64,000 nucleotides of DNA from Eledone cirrhosa (Eukaryota): the NCBI GenBank assembly GCA_964016885.1, contig OZ024741.1, positions 45,632,001-45,696,000 of the forward strand, in the 5' to 3' direction. Below, piece by piece: positions 40,813 to 53,878 of this stretch (position 1 is its first letter; each line of letters opens with the position of its first letter). The translations under genes and the position numbers were made by a program. A model generated the notes under the pieces. The model worked only from the letters and a program-made list of their open reading frames with translations, was not told the DNA's origin and did not search any database.

Positions 40813-41846
40813 AAGGAGTTGTGGTGAGGAACCAGATGGACCATAACGCACCAGAGTACTCAATACTTAGGGTAGTAGAGTGGGTAATAGGAAAAAGTAT
40901 AACCCCGACGGCAGAGCTCAAGCCGTTTCGACGGCTATTTCTGGACTAAATTAGAATTTTTAGCGTGGGAAATAAATAGCCGAACTTTTCAGGGGATAAT
41001 TCCTTATATGGGAAGATTCTAGTTGTCAAGAGGATTGGTCAAAATTTCTTGTAAACACAATTAAGTCTATCGTGGCGAGGGGTGGGAGGTAGGGTGGCTA
41101 AACTTGCCTGTAGAACAATGAAGGAGTGGGTAGAGTCAGTCAAGCGTCGAAAGTGAATTCTATACAGCAAATTCTAAGGATTGTGTATGAAACTAGGCTA
41201 GAGGAAGTAGGCGAAAAAGGATTCTAGAGAAAATAGAGAAGGGACGTTATAGAATAGGTAAATCATTTGAGATTAGAAGATAATAAATAAATAATAAAAA
41301 AATATATAGAAATATAAAATTGGATAGTAATAAGTGATAAAAAAACTGTAGAGACAAAACAGCTGCTATATTTAGTTGGTGGTGCGTTTTCGGCCAATGC
41401 TATAGAATAGGTCAATAAATTGAGAATAGAAGATACTAAATAAATAAAAAAAAATTGAAATTATAGAATTGGGTAGTAAAACGTAATACAAAATCTCTGG
41501 GGTCGAAAACAGCTGCTATAATTTTTTTTTATCACTTATTACTATCCAATTCTGTATTTTTATATATTTTTTCTTATTTATTTATTATCTTCTAATCTCA
41601 ATTGATTTACCTATTCAATAACGCTTGACCGGCGCCACCACTCCCTCATTGTTCTACAGGCAAGTTCAGCCACCCCCACCTCTCACCCACCGCCACGATA
41701 GACTTAATTGTGTTTACAAGAAATGTTGACCAATCCTCTTGACAACTACAATCGGCTATTTATTTACCACGCTAAAAATTCTAATTTAGTCCAGAAATAG
41801 CCGTCGAAACGGCTTGAGCTCTCTCGTCGGGGTCATACTTTTTTCA
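40701..41846. mobile_element. Family B PLE 3' UTR/pLTR fragments in inverted arrangement (HHR-like motif at 40902-40997 minus)
   Basis: Homologous to 5981-6480 and 8620-9143. 40810-41520 is on minus, 41521-41846 on plus, and a short plus piece lies at 40701-40766. Confidence 0.85.
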
Positions 41847-41865
41847 TATATATATATAGAGAGGG

Positions 41866-42340
41866 ACGGTTGTCCCCCTTGCTTCTGCTGGACACCACCA
41901 GAGGGCGTTAGCCCCCTGGTGTTTGCATAGCTACGGCTTCCTAAGACCGTATTTCTTCAGAAATACGAAATTTCTATACCTATTGTATAAAGCTATGCTT
42001 GAAGCGAAATCTTATTTCTTTTCTATTATAAGTTGAGCCAACTTATACAGCTTCATATGCAAATTAGATTAATTTACACAGACGAGAAAACTATATATTC
42101 TCGGCTGTTTTCAAGTCCAGAAGTCGCAAGCGGTGGGAGGGATCCTCCTGACGATGGCCAGTAAAGCCTGAAATGCAAAGACGGTTGCCCCCTTTGCTTC
42201 TGCTGGACACCACCAGAGGGCGATAGCCCCCAGGTGTTTGCATAGCTACGGCTTCCTAAAACCGTATTTCTTTAAAAATAAGAAATTTCTATACATATTG
42301 TATAAAGCTATGCTTGAAGTGAAATCTTATTTCTTTTATA
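41866..42340 (+). mobile_element. Non-coding unit with head-to-tail repeat (period 315 bp) and an HHR-like motif at ~42143-42207, between (TA)n tracts
   Basis: 41866-42025 recurs at 42181-42340. CTGACGA-T-GGC(CAGTAAA)GCC-T-GAAA-T-GCAAAG...CTTTGC-T-TC; stem I is poorly supported. Confidence 0.65.
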
Positions 42341-42344
42341 TATC

Positions 42345-42471
<127 letters not shown>

Positions 42472-42597
42472 TACGGCCGTTGGGGTTAAACATTTTCCTA
42501 TTACCCACTCTACTACCCTAAGTATTAAGTACTCTGGTTATGATCCATCTGGTTCCTTACCGCAACTCCTTCGTTATATATGTATATGTAAATATAT

Positions 42598-42790
42598 AAT
42601 AATTGTTTCTACGTTTGGCACAAGGCCACCAATTACCCAGAGCATTACTGGTACTTTATTTTATCGACCCCGTAAGGATGAAAGGCAAAGTTAACCTCGG
42701 CGGGATTTGAACTCAGAATGGCAAAGGCCGTAAATCTATACGTCAAAGCATAGCGTCCGACCCTCTACCGATACTGCCAATCCACCGCCC
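42598..42790 (-). mobile_element. tRNA-derived SINE
   Basis: Full-length reverse-complement copy of the main SINE family. Confidence 0.88.
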
Positions 42791-43360
42791 TATATGTAGA
42801 AATAAACACAGTAAATTGTGTGCCTAAAATTACGAGGGTTGTATAATGCTCAGTATTTATACTTTGAGCTTGTTAATTACAGGGTATCAATATGAGTTAG
42901 TAACTATATTTTATTTGTATTTGGGCTCCCTAACTAGGTGAGCTTATAAGTTGGGTGTATTAAGGCTATTGTTTTTTGCATATCCACTCACACCACTTCT
43001 AACGTCCAGCGCACGAGGTGAGATATTAACTCGTGTGACTTTAGTTGTATGCGTTTGTTCCATTTGACCTTATCTCTCGCTGAGGAAAGCCTACGGATTA
43101 TCTGTTACAAACACAATTATCAGGGCGAAACGGATTACATCTCTAATCTGTCCGAGAGATGAAATAGTTATTGAGACGGTCTGTATATCTATTCTATATC
43201 TTCCATTTGATTCAGGTTAAATTTATCAAATCAATGAGGTATTTCAACCCTTGTAATTTAAGACACACAATTTACTGAGTTTATTTCTACATATATTATT
43301 ATATAATTCTCAGTATTTATATTTTGAGCTTGTTAATTACAGGGAATCAATATGAGGTAG
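42791..43360 (+). mobile_element. Non-coding ~460-bp HHR monomer with short inverted 5' segment and start of a second monomer
   Basis: 42791-42841 is the reverse complement of ~43246-43294, and 42842-42900 recurs at 43302-43360. Confidence 0.75.
43072..43160 (+). ncRNA. Type I hammerhead ribozyme
   Basis: ATCTCTCG-CTGAGGA-AA-GCC...GGC-GAAA-CGGATTA(CATCTC)TAATCTG-TC-CGAGAGAT: 8-bp stem I, 7-bp stem III, GUC site at 43150-43152. Confidence 0.88.
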
Positions 43361-43362
43361 TT

Positions 43363-44220
43363 CCGTGGAGTGTGCGATGAGTTGCTGGATATTGTTCATG
43401 TTATGGAGTGGATAGCTGGAACGATGACCGATGGTGTGTAATCCGTTGGTTGTGCTGGTCGGAAGTGGGGAGATGTGGGATGCGCGCGCAACAGGAAGTG
43501 GTCAGAGGGTCAAGGCAGGATGAAGGAATAGCAGTAGAGGAGAATGACAGGTGGAGAAAGTCAGTGTGTGGTGAGGACTGTGTCTGTGTGTGCGGAGGTG
43601 CCGTGGACAGGGGAGAGGATGGGTAGGTGTGAAAGGTGGAGTGGGGAGCGGGTCATGTGGGGGGATGGAATGTGTATTAGTAGAGGTATTAGTGGGATGT
43701 GTATGTGAAGGGGTGTAGGTGGAGCGGGGAGAGGGAGAAGGAGAGAAAAGGTGTTGGGGACGGTGGAGGGAATGTAGTGTACTGGTGTGTGTGTGTGTGG
43801 TAAAGGAGGTGTTAGTGGGTGTTAGTATTATTGGTGGTGCGGAAGGGGTTGAATGCGGGTGTGTAAGTGGGGGTTAGTGGTATTTGGGTGTGTGGAGCGG
43901 GTGGTGTATGTAGGTATGGGTGGGTGTGTGTGGGAAGGTGGGTGTTAGAGTGCGTGGGGTCGGTGGGATGTTAGTGTTATTAGTTGTGGGGTGGTTGGAG
44001 TGGATGTGTGGGTGAGGGTTAGTGCTGGTAGTAGGCTGTGTGGATAGTGTGAGAGCGTATATATATGTACAGGTGCGTGTGTGCGTGATAGGGGAAGGGG
44101 TGGGGATGTTAGTATTGTTAGTTGGTGGAGGGTGGACGGGGGCGAGGTGGGGGTGTTAGTATTGTTAGTTGTGGGGTGGGAAAAGGGGGTGAGCGGTAAA
44201 AAGGAGGAGTGTGTTAGTGA
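43363..44220 (-). other. G/T-rich low-complexity tract (C/A-rich on minus), possibly a PLE UTR remnant
   Basis: Compositional mirror of 15990-17590; ends at a TA-rich microsatellite. Confidence 0.35.
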
Positions 44221-46996
44221 TACATATATATATATGTATATATACATATATATGTATATATGTATATATATATGTATATATATAATTATATATATTAAGG
44301 TTTGTAAAATTACAAAATTGACCTTTAGCTAGGAACTAAGAAAGATGATACCCATGACACCACACATAAACATCAATCTATCGAAAATAATTATATTTTG
44401 TAGCTAAGTAATTATATTATCGTATTTATCTCCATTACAGTTATTAATTCGTGCCCGAAAAAATAGTTTTAACGATTATATATTTTTAATAACTAAAACT
44501 GATATAATTATATGATTGGCACAGTAATTCTTGTTGTCAGTACCAGAGTTTAGTGATAGGGAAGAAGCGCGCTTTGGTGGACCGAGAGTCAGGTTTTTTC
44601 TTTAAGCAAGCCACTACAATTTAGCCTTTTCTAGTTTACTAAAAGGAAATGTGTATCAGTATAAGATGAGGTTTAATTCTGCAATGGACTAGCGTTTTGT
44701 CCAAGGAGTGCCTTTTACTCCTAGTCGTATAATACCATGAAAACTGGAATAAAATCCATCTGGATACATCACCGAGCTTGATACGGACTTTAACTTTAAC
44801 TGAATGTAATCCCAGCATTATGGGCTAACAAAGACACACTTTCACATTTCATTTCTATGTTATCGTTTAAGATTTCTGGTACTGATATATGGGACGTAGG
44901 CATGATCCACTTATGACACCACTACATTTGAAGGATTGATAGGGTCACCATCATGAATATATCTTCAGCCTTTTAAACCTAACAGAGACAGTCCTTCTTG
45001 GGGTCTGAACACAGCCGTTTTTCTTATAGGGAGAAAGAAGCAGAACTAAAATATCTATCTTAGTAACAGACCATTACTATATTTATCATCCTAGAATGTA
45101 TGGAATACAAAGTTGATATCGCTGGGGGTTTAACTCAGAGCACAGAGAAAGAGATCAAATAATGCAACGCCTTCCAAACCACTAATGAGATTAGCCTGTA
45201 GGAAATCGGTTAGAAAACAGATAAACAGGAACATTTTATCAATTTCTAATAGGCATAAAATGAAACTACCTGCTTTCCTACCACTAACGAATATGATCAA
45301 GGAGACCACAGGCGTAAAAGGGTTTTCAGCGCAACATCAGTCGATGGTGAACGAGAAAGATGATGGAAAAAAGAGAGGCTGATTGGTAGGGGAAAATAGA
45401 GGAGTGATTGCGTCTCTTGCAAACCTCCTAATATATAGGTCTTCCTTTATTATAGCCTCATTTGTATATTTACAAATGAAGATGCTTTGCAACTATCACC
45501 TAAAAAAGCCTATAAGCTCCAGCATCCGAATGACTTACGAAATTTAAATTGTTCAGATATACATGTACAACTCATATCTCATTTGTTCTTAATATTAGAA
45601 GTACGGAAGATGAAGATGAGAAGGATTGTCGTATTCGTGAGTTTCCAGAATAAACATAACTATGAAGTATTATTTTTCTGTGCTCAACTATTACTGCCAC
45701 TTTCTTCCATAAAGAATTCTAAAAATACTACTTCTCAAATATTATTTATTCGCTGCTATTGATCATCTACATGCACTGAGTTTATTTCGAACTTTTATTA
45801 AAGAACTAATCTTATCAGCACAAATCAATAGCGGAACATACCTCAACAAAGCAACAAATACTAAAACAAAATAACACAGTCAAACTAACTGAATTAGGTT
45901 AACAAAAATAACCACTCGTGAAATATCTTTGGTGTTTTAGCAAACATACTCATGCTTCCCAACACAATTGACCGGTTAGCTCTTGCCGCGTCCTTATCAA
46001 CAGGGTTCTCCACAACACAATGGAACCAACTGTGATCGAGGAACGTGAGGCCGTCTGCGAGACTTGGAACCGGCTCTGACTCCGTCCAGTAGACATCAAA
46101 CCCCCCTATAGCCTCGGATAGGCTAGCGCGCCAGTTCGACCAGCACCGCTTCAAGCGTATTCTTTATATTGGCTCATTGATTGTATTTCCAGATCAATGC
46201 GCAATGTCCTTTCATTATAGAATTCTGAAACCGCTTCGTTATACATTAAATTCAGGATGCTAATCTTAACGAAATATCTGGAAGTAGAAACATAAGAGCC
46301 TTCGACGTCTCCATACAGCACCTTTAAAATATGCGAAAAGCTGTGTTGATATTGATGTCAAGTAAAGGCGGGGTCTAAAACATCAATTAAAATAATGGTT
46401 TTGCATGGACTTGTAAAGTGTGTTTTGTAGTAAATTGCATTTGTTCACGCTCTTAAACCCGTGTATGTACCCTCATTTACCCTATAAGGTAGATGAGGGG
46501 ACATCCTGTAAATGTTTATATAAGAACGTATAGAGCAGAGTAAAGGAAATATGTGCTTGGTATTTCACAGGATAGTCGCTTGCCTTCTCAATATTCAGTA
46601 AAGTAACTGAGTTAATAATGGCAGACAGCAGTTTAGTTTCTTTCTTGCGATATATATCCTGGGGATTGACACAGTGATATAATTATCACAAATCTTGGTT
46701 CATCAAAATAATTATCTTGTTACAATTTAACGAACCTTCACCTCAGAAGGTGTCTAAGTATAATGGGCCATTTGTAACTAAATATTTTTAAAACAAAACC
46801 CTGTAAACAACAATATAATGTATTGATGATACAGCTTCAACTTCACACGCATTTCAATCCCGTTGGGATATATATTTTTTCAATTAGTTTGTTATTCTCC
46901 TTGTATAAATGAATTTAGACAACATTTCAACATTTATCATATCATGATATTTTATTATTTTAGATAATTTTATTTCAATAAAAATATATTGTGAAA

Positions 46997-47125
46997 GGAC
47001 GTGGTCTAGTGGTTAGTCTGTTGAACTCAAGATCTTACGATTGTAGGTTCGATGCCTGAGTCGGGAGGCGCAGTGTAGCCTTTCGCAAGACGCCTTCATT
47101 TTACATTGCCCCAGTTGTACATACC
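46997..47125 (+). mobile_element. Older tRNA-derived SINE of a second family
   Basis: A box TGGTCTAGTGG, B box GGTTCGATGCC, followed by a CORE-like ccttt.gcaagac segment. Confidence 0.6.
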
Positions 47126-47574
47126 ATCAGGCTGGAGTCTATTTATGATAGAACTGGGGTCCCTATCGTTAAATGGCTCGAGTACCCTCTTATCGGATGT
47201 GACCTCAGAGATCAGCGATACCGACAAGGGTCTGACTAATAACAGTAACCACAACAACAGCCAAACTGTACGATCGTATTTCCAATTAAGATCATTTCGT
47301 CTAATTTACCTTTGCTATAATTGTAGCTATCATGCACTCCCAGTCTGTAATACTTTCCATCACCTCATGATTACATAAACCTCCGGTGTTTGAAAATGAA
47401 AGGAATTATAACATATTATTTTATTGGTTATTTATTTTATACACCCCTGTTTCTATGGCTGTATATAGTTTAGCTGGGATGATGTACAATGTGCGATGTA
47501 GAGTATGTTATAGTATCATGGGATGAATTACATACTATGATGCTAATGTCTCTGTTTGCATTTGTGAATGATTT

Positions 47575-47663
47575 TCATTTCATCCTTACGGGGTCGATAA
47601 AATAAAGTACCAGTAATGCACTGGGTAATTGCTGGCCTTGTGCCAAAATTAGAAACAATTATT
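47575..47663 (+). mobile_element. 5'-truncated SINE (core + tail)
   Basis: tttcatccttacggggtcgataaaataaagtaccag...agaaacaattatt. Confidence 0.85.
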
Positions 47664-47673
47664 GGGGAGTTTG

Positions 47674-47775
47674 TTTAATTTCGATGGTCCCATATAGAGA
47701 CCGCATCAGATATTAAGCTGACATGACAAGAACGGATCTTACATTTCGATTTTAGCCAAAAGGCCGAGAAGCGAT
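47674..47775 (-). pseudogene. U2: 3'-truncated U2 snRNA retrocopy with 9-bp target site duplication
   Basis: The minus strand starts ATCGCTTCTCGGCCTTTTGGCTAA (U2 5' end), continues through TCAGCTTAATATCTGAT (stem IIa) and stem IIb, and stops before the Sm site. GGGAGTTTG lies at 47665-47673 and 47777-47785. Confidence 0.92.
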
Positions 47776-48028
47776 AGGGAGTTTGACAGTGTGGGTTTGT
47801 TACAAAATAAGGTGCGTGTCTTGCATACCAGAGTGCTTTACGAGTTTTTGTATCTTTTTAAATCATAGTGTAGGTTGTTTATAGGTGAGATCTCAGTAAA
47901 ACCTGTAATGAATCACTAAGCACCGTCTGACTTCCATATAGTACATCGTAATTTGGTGTGGAGATATTAGGGTCACACGCAGAGCTCGGATAGTCCATGG
48001 ATGATCAATATTTCTTCTTTAGCAATCA

Positions 48029-48665
48029 CTAGCAGTGGTATCCGGCGTTGCACGGGATAAGGTATTTTGGAACGCGGGCCGCCAACAGACCAAATCGTGG
48101 AAAAACTGCATGCCTGGACAATATGTAAAGAAAATAAACTGAATACTTTGATGGCTGAATAATCTTTAAGATTTTCCTCGATGAAGCAGGAAAAATGCAG
48201 GTGTTCACCTAATGCGGGCCCTAGGAGATCAAGTAAATGAATTTAGTTTATGTGCATAATATGCCTTGAAATTTCGGGAAATTTGGCTAGACGTAACGCC
48301 TCAAAAAGCCCTAAAAAGCTGAAAAAATGAGCGTTTTCACCTAATGCCATAGAAAAAGTTGGACTTTCTTTGCTCACGGTATGATGAAGAGACTGACTAA
48401 TACATAGTTACAATTTCAAGGTAATTGGTCTGACGTAACAACTCAAAAACCCCTAAGAAGCCGGAAAAAACGGTTTTTCACCTAATACGGGCACTAGGGG
48501 ATCAAAAAGTTGAATTTTTGTATGTGCATAACATTCCCTGGCACATAAGTAATATACATGTAAAGTTTGAAAAAAATCGGTTGGGTACTTCTCGAGTTTT
48601 AGGGATTCAAACTCACACACACACACTCACATACACACACACATCCTCAGTTTTATATATATAGA
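48029..48665 (-). mobile_element. Non-autonomous Helitron
   Basis: Minus strand A|TCTATATATAT ... CCCGTGCAACGCCGG hairpin ... CTAG|T, with internal diverged repeats (ttcacctaat...). Confidence 0.85.
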
Positions 48666-48674
48666 TTACTGGTG

Positions 48675-48860
48675 CTGTGGATTGGCAGTATCGGTAGAGG
48701 GTCTGACGCCATGATTTGCAGCTAAGTGTTACGGCCCTTCATTGTCTGAGTTCAAATCCCGCCGTGGTTAACTTTACCTTTCATCCTTACGGGTTCGATA
48801 AAATAAAGTACCAGTAATACACTGAAATAATTGCTGCCAAAAGTAGAAACAATTATTACT
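48675..48860 (+). mobile_element. tRNA-derived SINE
   Basis: A/B boxes, core and tail of the main family. Confidence 0.85.
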
Positions 48861-49435
48861 GGTGCTTTCTTTGGGGCAAATGTGATCATTCTAGATATTT
48901 TTGTGTGTCATTTTGTTTTGTTTAATATGCCATATATATGTGTTTGCTGGCAATGTTTGGGGGAATTACGTACGTAGCTCCTAGTATTTCACTGTATACT
49001 TATATTATGCAGTGGCATCAGGTTGAATCTGCTGTATGATTTCTGTTTGTTGTACCCTGTGATGTATGTGTTTGTTAAGCCGGATTAAATATTAAATGGC
49101 TGCTCGTTGTATCAGTTCTATGACCTCGAAAAGCAAAGTTTAAGTTCGGTAGGTTTTGGAACACATAATATAAATAGACATAATTATACGCTACAAAAAC
49201 ATTTCAATCAACTCACCTACGCTTATGCTTCTCACATACCTTTAAGTAGGTTGATATTGTGTGCTTATTGATTAGTTTTAATTTAGTTCCCTCTATTTTC
49301 TTATCCCCCACACAAATTCCACTGTCATAAAATATGTTAAAGAAATGAAAAAGTATAATACAGTTATATCGGTCCTTATCTTTACTCGATTAGTAACAAT
49401 ATTCCAAAACATATTTTACAGCAATATTTTCCTAA

Positions 49436-49650
49436 TGGATTGGCAGTATTGCTGGAGCGTCGGACAACATGCTTTATGGCATAGAGTTACGGCCCTTTAT
49501 GATCTGAGTTCAAATCCATGCCGAGGTTAGCTTTGCCTTTCATCCTTACGGAGTCGATACAATAAAGTACAAGTAATGCACTGAGGTCGACTTAATCAAC
49601 TTTCCCCTTCCCCAAAATTGTTGGCCTTTTGCCTAAATCAGAAACCAATA
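49436..49650 (+). mobile_element. tRNA-derived SINE, older variant
   Basis: Same head and core, longer 3' part. Confidence 0.8.
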
Positions 49651-50031
49651 TTCCCTAATCTAAGAAACAAACAATAAAATACAAGCGCCTCAATATGACA
49701 GGAAGGCTTCTAAAGGATATGAGAGTTGTCCACTTTTCCTCTCTAATTAGAACATGAGAAAATCAACACCTCCTACATAGTATACATATATGTTCATAGA
49801 AGTTGAGAATATAGCTGATATTTTGAATAGGATGTCAGAAGGGCCTCTAATTAAACTCATAAATCTTAATATTTACGATATATTCAAATTATGTAATATT
49901 CGTAAGCTATAACAGTATCGGTAACGTATGAGATTAATAATCCTCTTAAGTTGTATTGAGTATTATATCAGCCATACATTCTAGCATATAGGGATACCTA
50001 TTGTTTATTATATGGGCGGCGAATTGGCAGG

Positions 50032-50172
50032 GTCGTTAGAACGCTGGATAGAATGCTTTATGGTATTCATTCCGGCTCTCTACTCTCTGAGTTCAAATCA
50101 CGCCGAAGTCAAATTTGCCTTTCATACTTTCGAGGTCGAAAAAAAAAGTATCAGTCTAGTACTGGAGCCGAT
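50032..50172 (+). mobile_element. Diverged tRNA-derived SINE
   Basis: TGGCAGGGTCGTTAG...GAGTTCAAATC...GCCTTTCATACTTTCGAGGTCG. Confidence 0.75.
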
Positions 50173-52424
50173 TCTTCCTCTATATCTCTTTCTCATTTAC
50201 CTCTCGCTCACTTTCTATCTTTCTCTGGAAGAAATCTGCTGTACTCAGGCCTGGAGTGTGATGGGCTCCACCATGCTTTAAATGCCCAAGAAACGCCCTA
50301 AGACTCCCCCAGGAGTTACGGGACATACTATACCATTTTTTATTATTACTATGTTCTTCAAGATGAAGAGTAATAAGCTTTAACACTGTCAGAGGCTGTA
50401 AAACTGTATTTCAATCGAACGTTTGCTCATTTAGAGGTATCGAAACATGATATTTAGACAGGACACTTCCAATATACCCGTTCTGACTAGTGTAAATGTT
50501 TCAAAGAAGAATCACGATGGTATTATCAATATTTCTCAATACTAAATGAAACAGCATTTTAGAACAACTCCGAAATTCTTCTGGACTGAATAACCAACGA
50601 ATCTTATGCTTGAAAACATTCATCAAGTACTCATTTCCCTTTTGTTAAAATGTCAATGCGTTCGCTAAACCAACATTGAATACTTGTAAGCTATAATATA
50701 TTGAGGAAATTGAAAGTTTTCTGCTCTCCACAGCTTGTGAAAGACAGTTTCATTTCCTACACAAGGTAAGTATACTTTATGCATCAATTTGAGTGTATTG
50801 GATGTACTGTTAGCGAAGAAATTACTAGATACTATACAAAGAATATGCAATCAAAGTGGTTCTTCTTCGAATTTCCTCTCTCAGAAAGAACAATATATTT
50901 TAAATCCAAACAAAGAACATTGCCTGAAACCTGAATAGTACTGTTTTTATAGTTTTCAATATTGTTTCCTTTTATTTTACTTTGCTAAGCTACGTTAACC
51001 ACAGTGTTTAGTTAGTTATTGTATTTATATAGCAATCTACAACGACTGATGCCAAACTCTTAAATTGCTGCCAGTGAAGGTACATGTAACGATGTAAGCC
51101 ACCTAACGATATTGTCTATGTTATTGTTTGAATAGTTTGCTTTTCTATTCGTTATGCTGGTCATGACACAACTTTACTGAACAGATATCGATAAACTAGA
51201 TTTACTGTCAATATTTTATTAGTACAAAATGTCTCAGCTTTCCTTGGGATCTGTAGGCCAAAACATATATTCTCTCAGTTGTACTTAATGATGCTGGTTC
51301 AATTCCTGATTAAATTAACGCTTTCCATTTTTTCAAATAGGACAGCATATACTTTACATATCGACATATCGATAGGCAATAAGTGTGATTGAAAAACTAA
51401 TCGTTTTATACAGATTTTTTTCTGGGTCTATATACACACGGAATATCTCGCAAAGTTAACAGACACCTAAACCATAATAAAATTGACCTGGTTATCTATC
51501 TAGATTCTCATGTAACTAACAGACAGTCAGATGCAATGGAAATAATGTAGCGGGGAAAACAGTTTTTAAAACATTTAAACAACTGACCAAAATTAAATGA
51601 AATCCCAAGTGCGTAGCAAAGTTTCGATTCTTGTATGCAATAGCTCTGTAGACTACAGACAAGAGTTGATAAGACGGAGGATATGATATAAGGCATCAGC
51701 ACTTTCGGTAACATTACTTATAAATTTTACATTAATTTGGGGATGAACTATTCAGGGGTGGGAACTTCTTAACAACTGAAAAAACAAATACCTTAAACGA
51801 ACGAACTAAATCAGTTGAAAACGCTGCATGTATGTAAGTATATATATATTAAATTTAAGTGAAACACTCTATTTTTGGGAGTAAAAGCCAAACAGACTTA
51901 AAACATTTTTAGTCGATCTCACTTATATATCGATTTCCTTACCATGGTTTCACTTTTACAAGCAATTATTGGAGACTAATTAATACTTAATTATTATTAA
52001 GCTGCTCCTTTTGGATACTATTTCTAGCGACATTGTAAGCTTGTAAAGTAGTCCTGATATGAAGAGACATCTGTTGATGTAACGGTTCAATTACACGTGT
52101 TTTTGTACAGCATGAGGAATTACTTCCTTGACGATTTTGTGGATTCTTCAAATATTGTTCATTTCCAATAATTACTTCTTCCACATAATAAACCATGGTA
52201 GGGAGATCGTTACATAACTGAAATTGACTAAACCTTTTTGGGGTGGGGGGGGGGGGGTCTGTCTGGTTTATACTCCCATAAATAGTATTTCATTTAAATT
52301 TATTATGTAATATTGCTTCTCTGATTGATATTTTATCTATATATTTTATTCATTCATTGAGATGTTTAAGTATTAGAGACTAATTAATATTTAATTATAT
52401 ATATATATAAATAAATAAATAAAT

Positions 52425-52623
52425 ATGTATTTATTAAAATAACAGATTAAAGTTTAAGCAAAGAATCGGTGTTTTCACCCTTAACGGGATCTTCTAAAAC
52501 TTTAATTAAACTTTAATCTGTTATTTTAATAAATATTTGCTCTATGGTTTTATATATTTTGATATATATATTATCCTTATCGAGCCCTGGTCGGATTTCA
52601 GTCTTCACATTTATTATTATTAA

Positions 52624-52625
<2 letters not shown>
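52425..52625. mobile_element. Inverted pair of pLTR ends of the PLE family at 54715-57212
   Basis: 52428-52500 matches ~54803-54875, and ~52506-52620 is the reverse complement of ~54720-54832. Confidence 0.8.
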
Positions 52626-52671
<46 letters not shown>

Positions 52672-53247
52672 AGAGGAATTTAATAAGGTCTGTTTCTGTT
52701 TTTATGAGTTTAACGAGGCGTCCCAAAGTCTGAAAATAACTGTAATAATAGTCGATCGCTATGGTTAATAGTTACGAATAACGAACCAGTGCGTTAGTCA
52801 AGACACCAAGCTGTGAATGGCGGAACATTATTGGATTTCCGTCTCTATGTCTAACTTGCCTAATTTTCTCAACTATTATTTATAGTGATCGATGGCTATT
52901 ATAGTTTATTTATTATTGGGGATCTCACATTTTTAAGTTTTCAAATTTCAGTGTCTCTCTGTACTTTATAGGATAATACATACGGAAATTGGCCTAACGA
53001 TGGACTGTGCAATATCCCTAACCCTGTTTGTGTTGGCAATGGGTGTTATTATGAAGGCAGTACTGAACAGTATAGGTCCACCAGAACTCGGAAAGAGATT
53101 TTGAATGCCACCATCGAAGTACTATATCGATGACATTACAGACCTTTCCTCAAAAGAAAACTAAACATGTAAAATACTGAAACAGTTGGATGAGGTAGTC
53201 GCATCTTCCAGAATGATGTTCATACTAAACAGGAGATTGCGAACAAC

Positions 53248-53340
<93 letters not shown>

Positions 53341-53342
<2 letters not shown>

Positions 53343-53525
53343 AAAATATTCAAGACCCCGACGGCAGAGCTCAAGCCGTTTCTGTCCAGAAATAGCCTCC
53401 GAAACGGCTTTAGCTCTGGCGTCGGGGTCTTGAACATTTTCCTATTACCCACTCTACTACCCTAAGTATTGAGTACTCTGTGGCGTTATGGTCCATCTGG
53501 TTCCTTAGCACACTTCCTTCGTTAT
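53341..53525. mobile_element. Family B pLTR end with inverted 5' segment
   Basis: ggaaaat.ttcaagacccc...ccgtttc / gaaacgg...ggggtcttgaa.attttcc, then the pLTR tail; flanked by (TA)n. Confidence 0.8.
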
Positions 53526-53800
53526 CTTTATATATATATATTAAATGTATAAATTGAGTTAGGAACTCAAAATAGTCTCTTACAACAAAATAGCTCTAAG
53601 AAACAGATATTTCTGAGCTGTATATTATAATAGAATATAAAAGAAAAGCGAACACAGATATGTAGATATATGTGTTCAAATCTTAAGGGACCTGATCCGC
53701 TAAGGTGAAAAGAATACGAACTATAGACAATTGGATTCGCTTGTCTCAATTTAAGAAAGAATTAAAAAATAAATACAAACCGGAATTGTGGTAACTACCA

Positions 53801-53878
53801 ATCACCCAGACAACTTGTTGTTGTTTCGCAAAGTTAATTATGAATAGAAATACTAATCCAAGCTCATCAGTGAGTGAT
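53801..53878 (-). ncRNA. Type I hammerhead ribozyme
   Basis: Minus strand: ATCACTCA-CTGATGA-GC...GC-GAAA-CAAC(AACAA)GTTG-TC-TGGGTGAT. Confidence 0.85.

Noticed and set aside
47676-47712. Minus-strand CTGATGC...GAAA resembling a hammerhead
   Set aside because: It is U2 stems IIa/IIb; A9 is missing and there is no stem I or III.
45890-53230. Possible old LINE RT relics (QGCPL-like near 46500 minus, LGISF near 51600 minus, YIDD near 53125 plus)
   Set aside because: Only isolated short motifs with many stops; they need tblastn or RepeatMasker to confirm.
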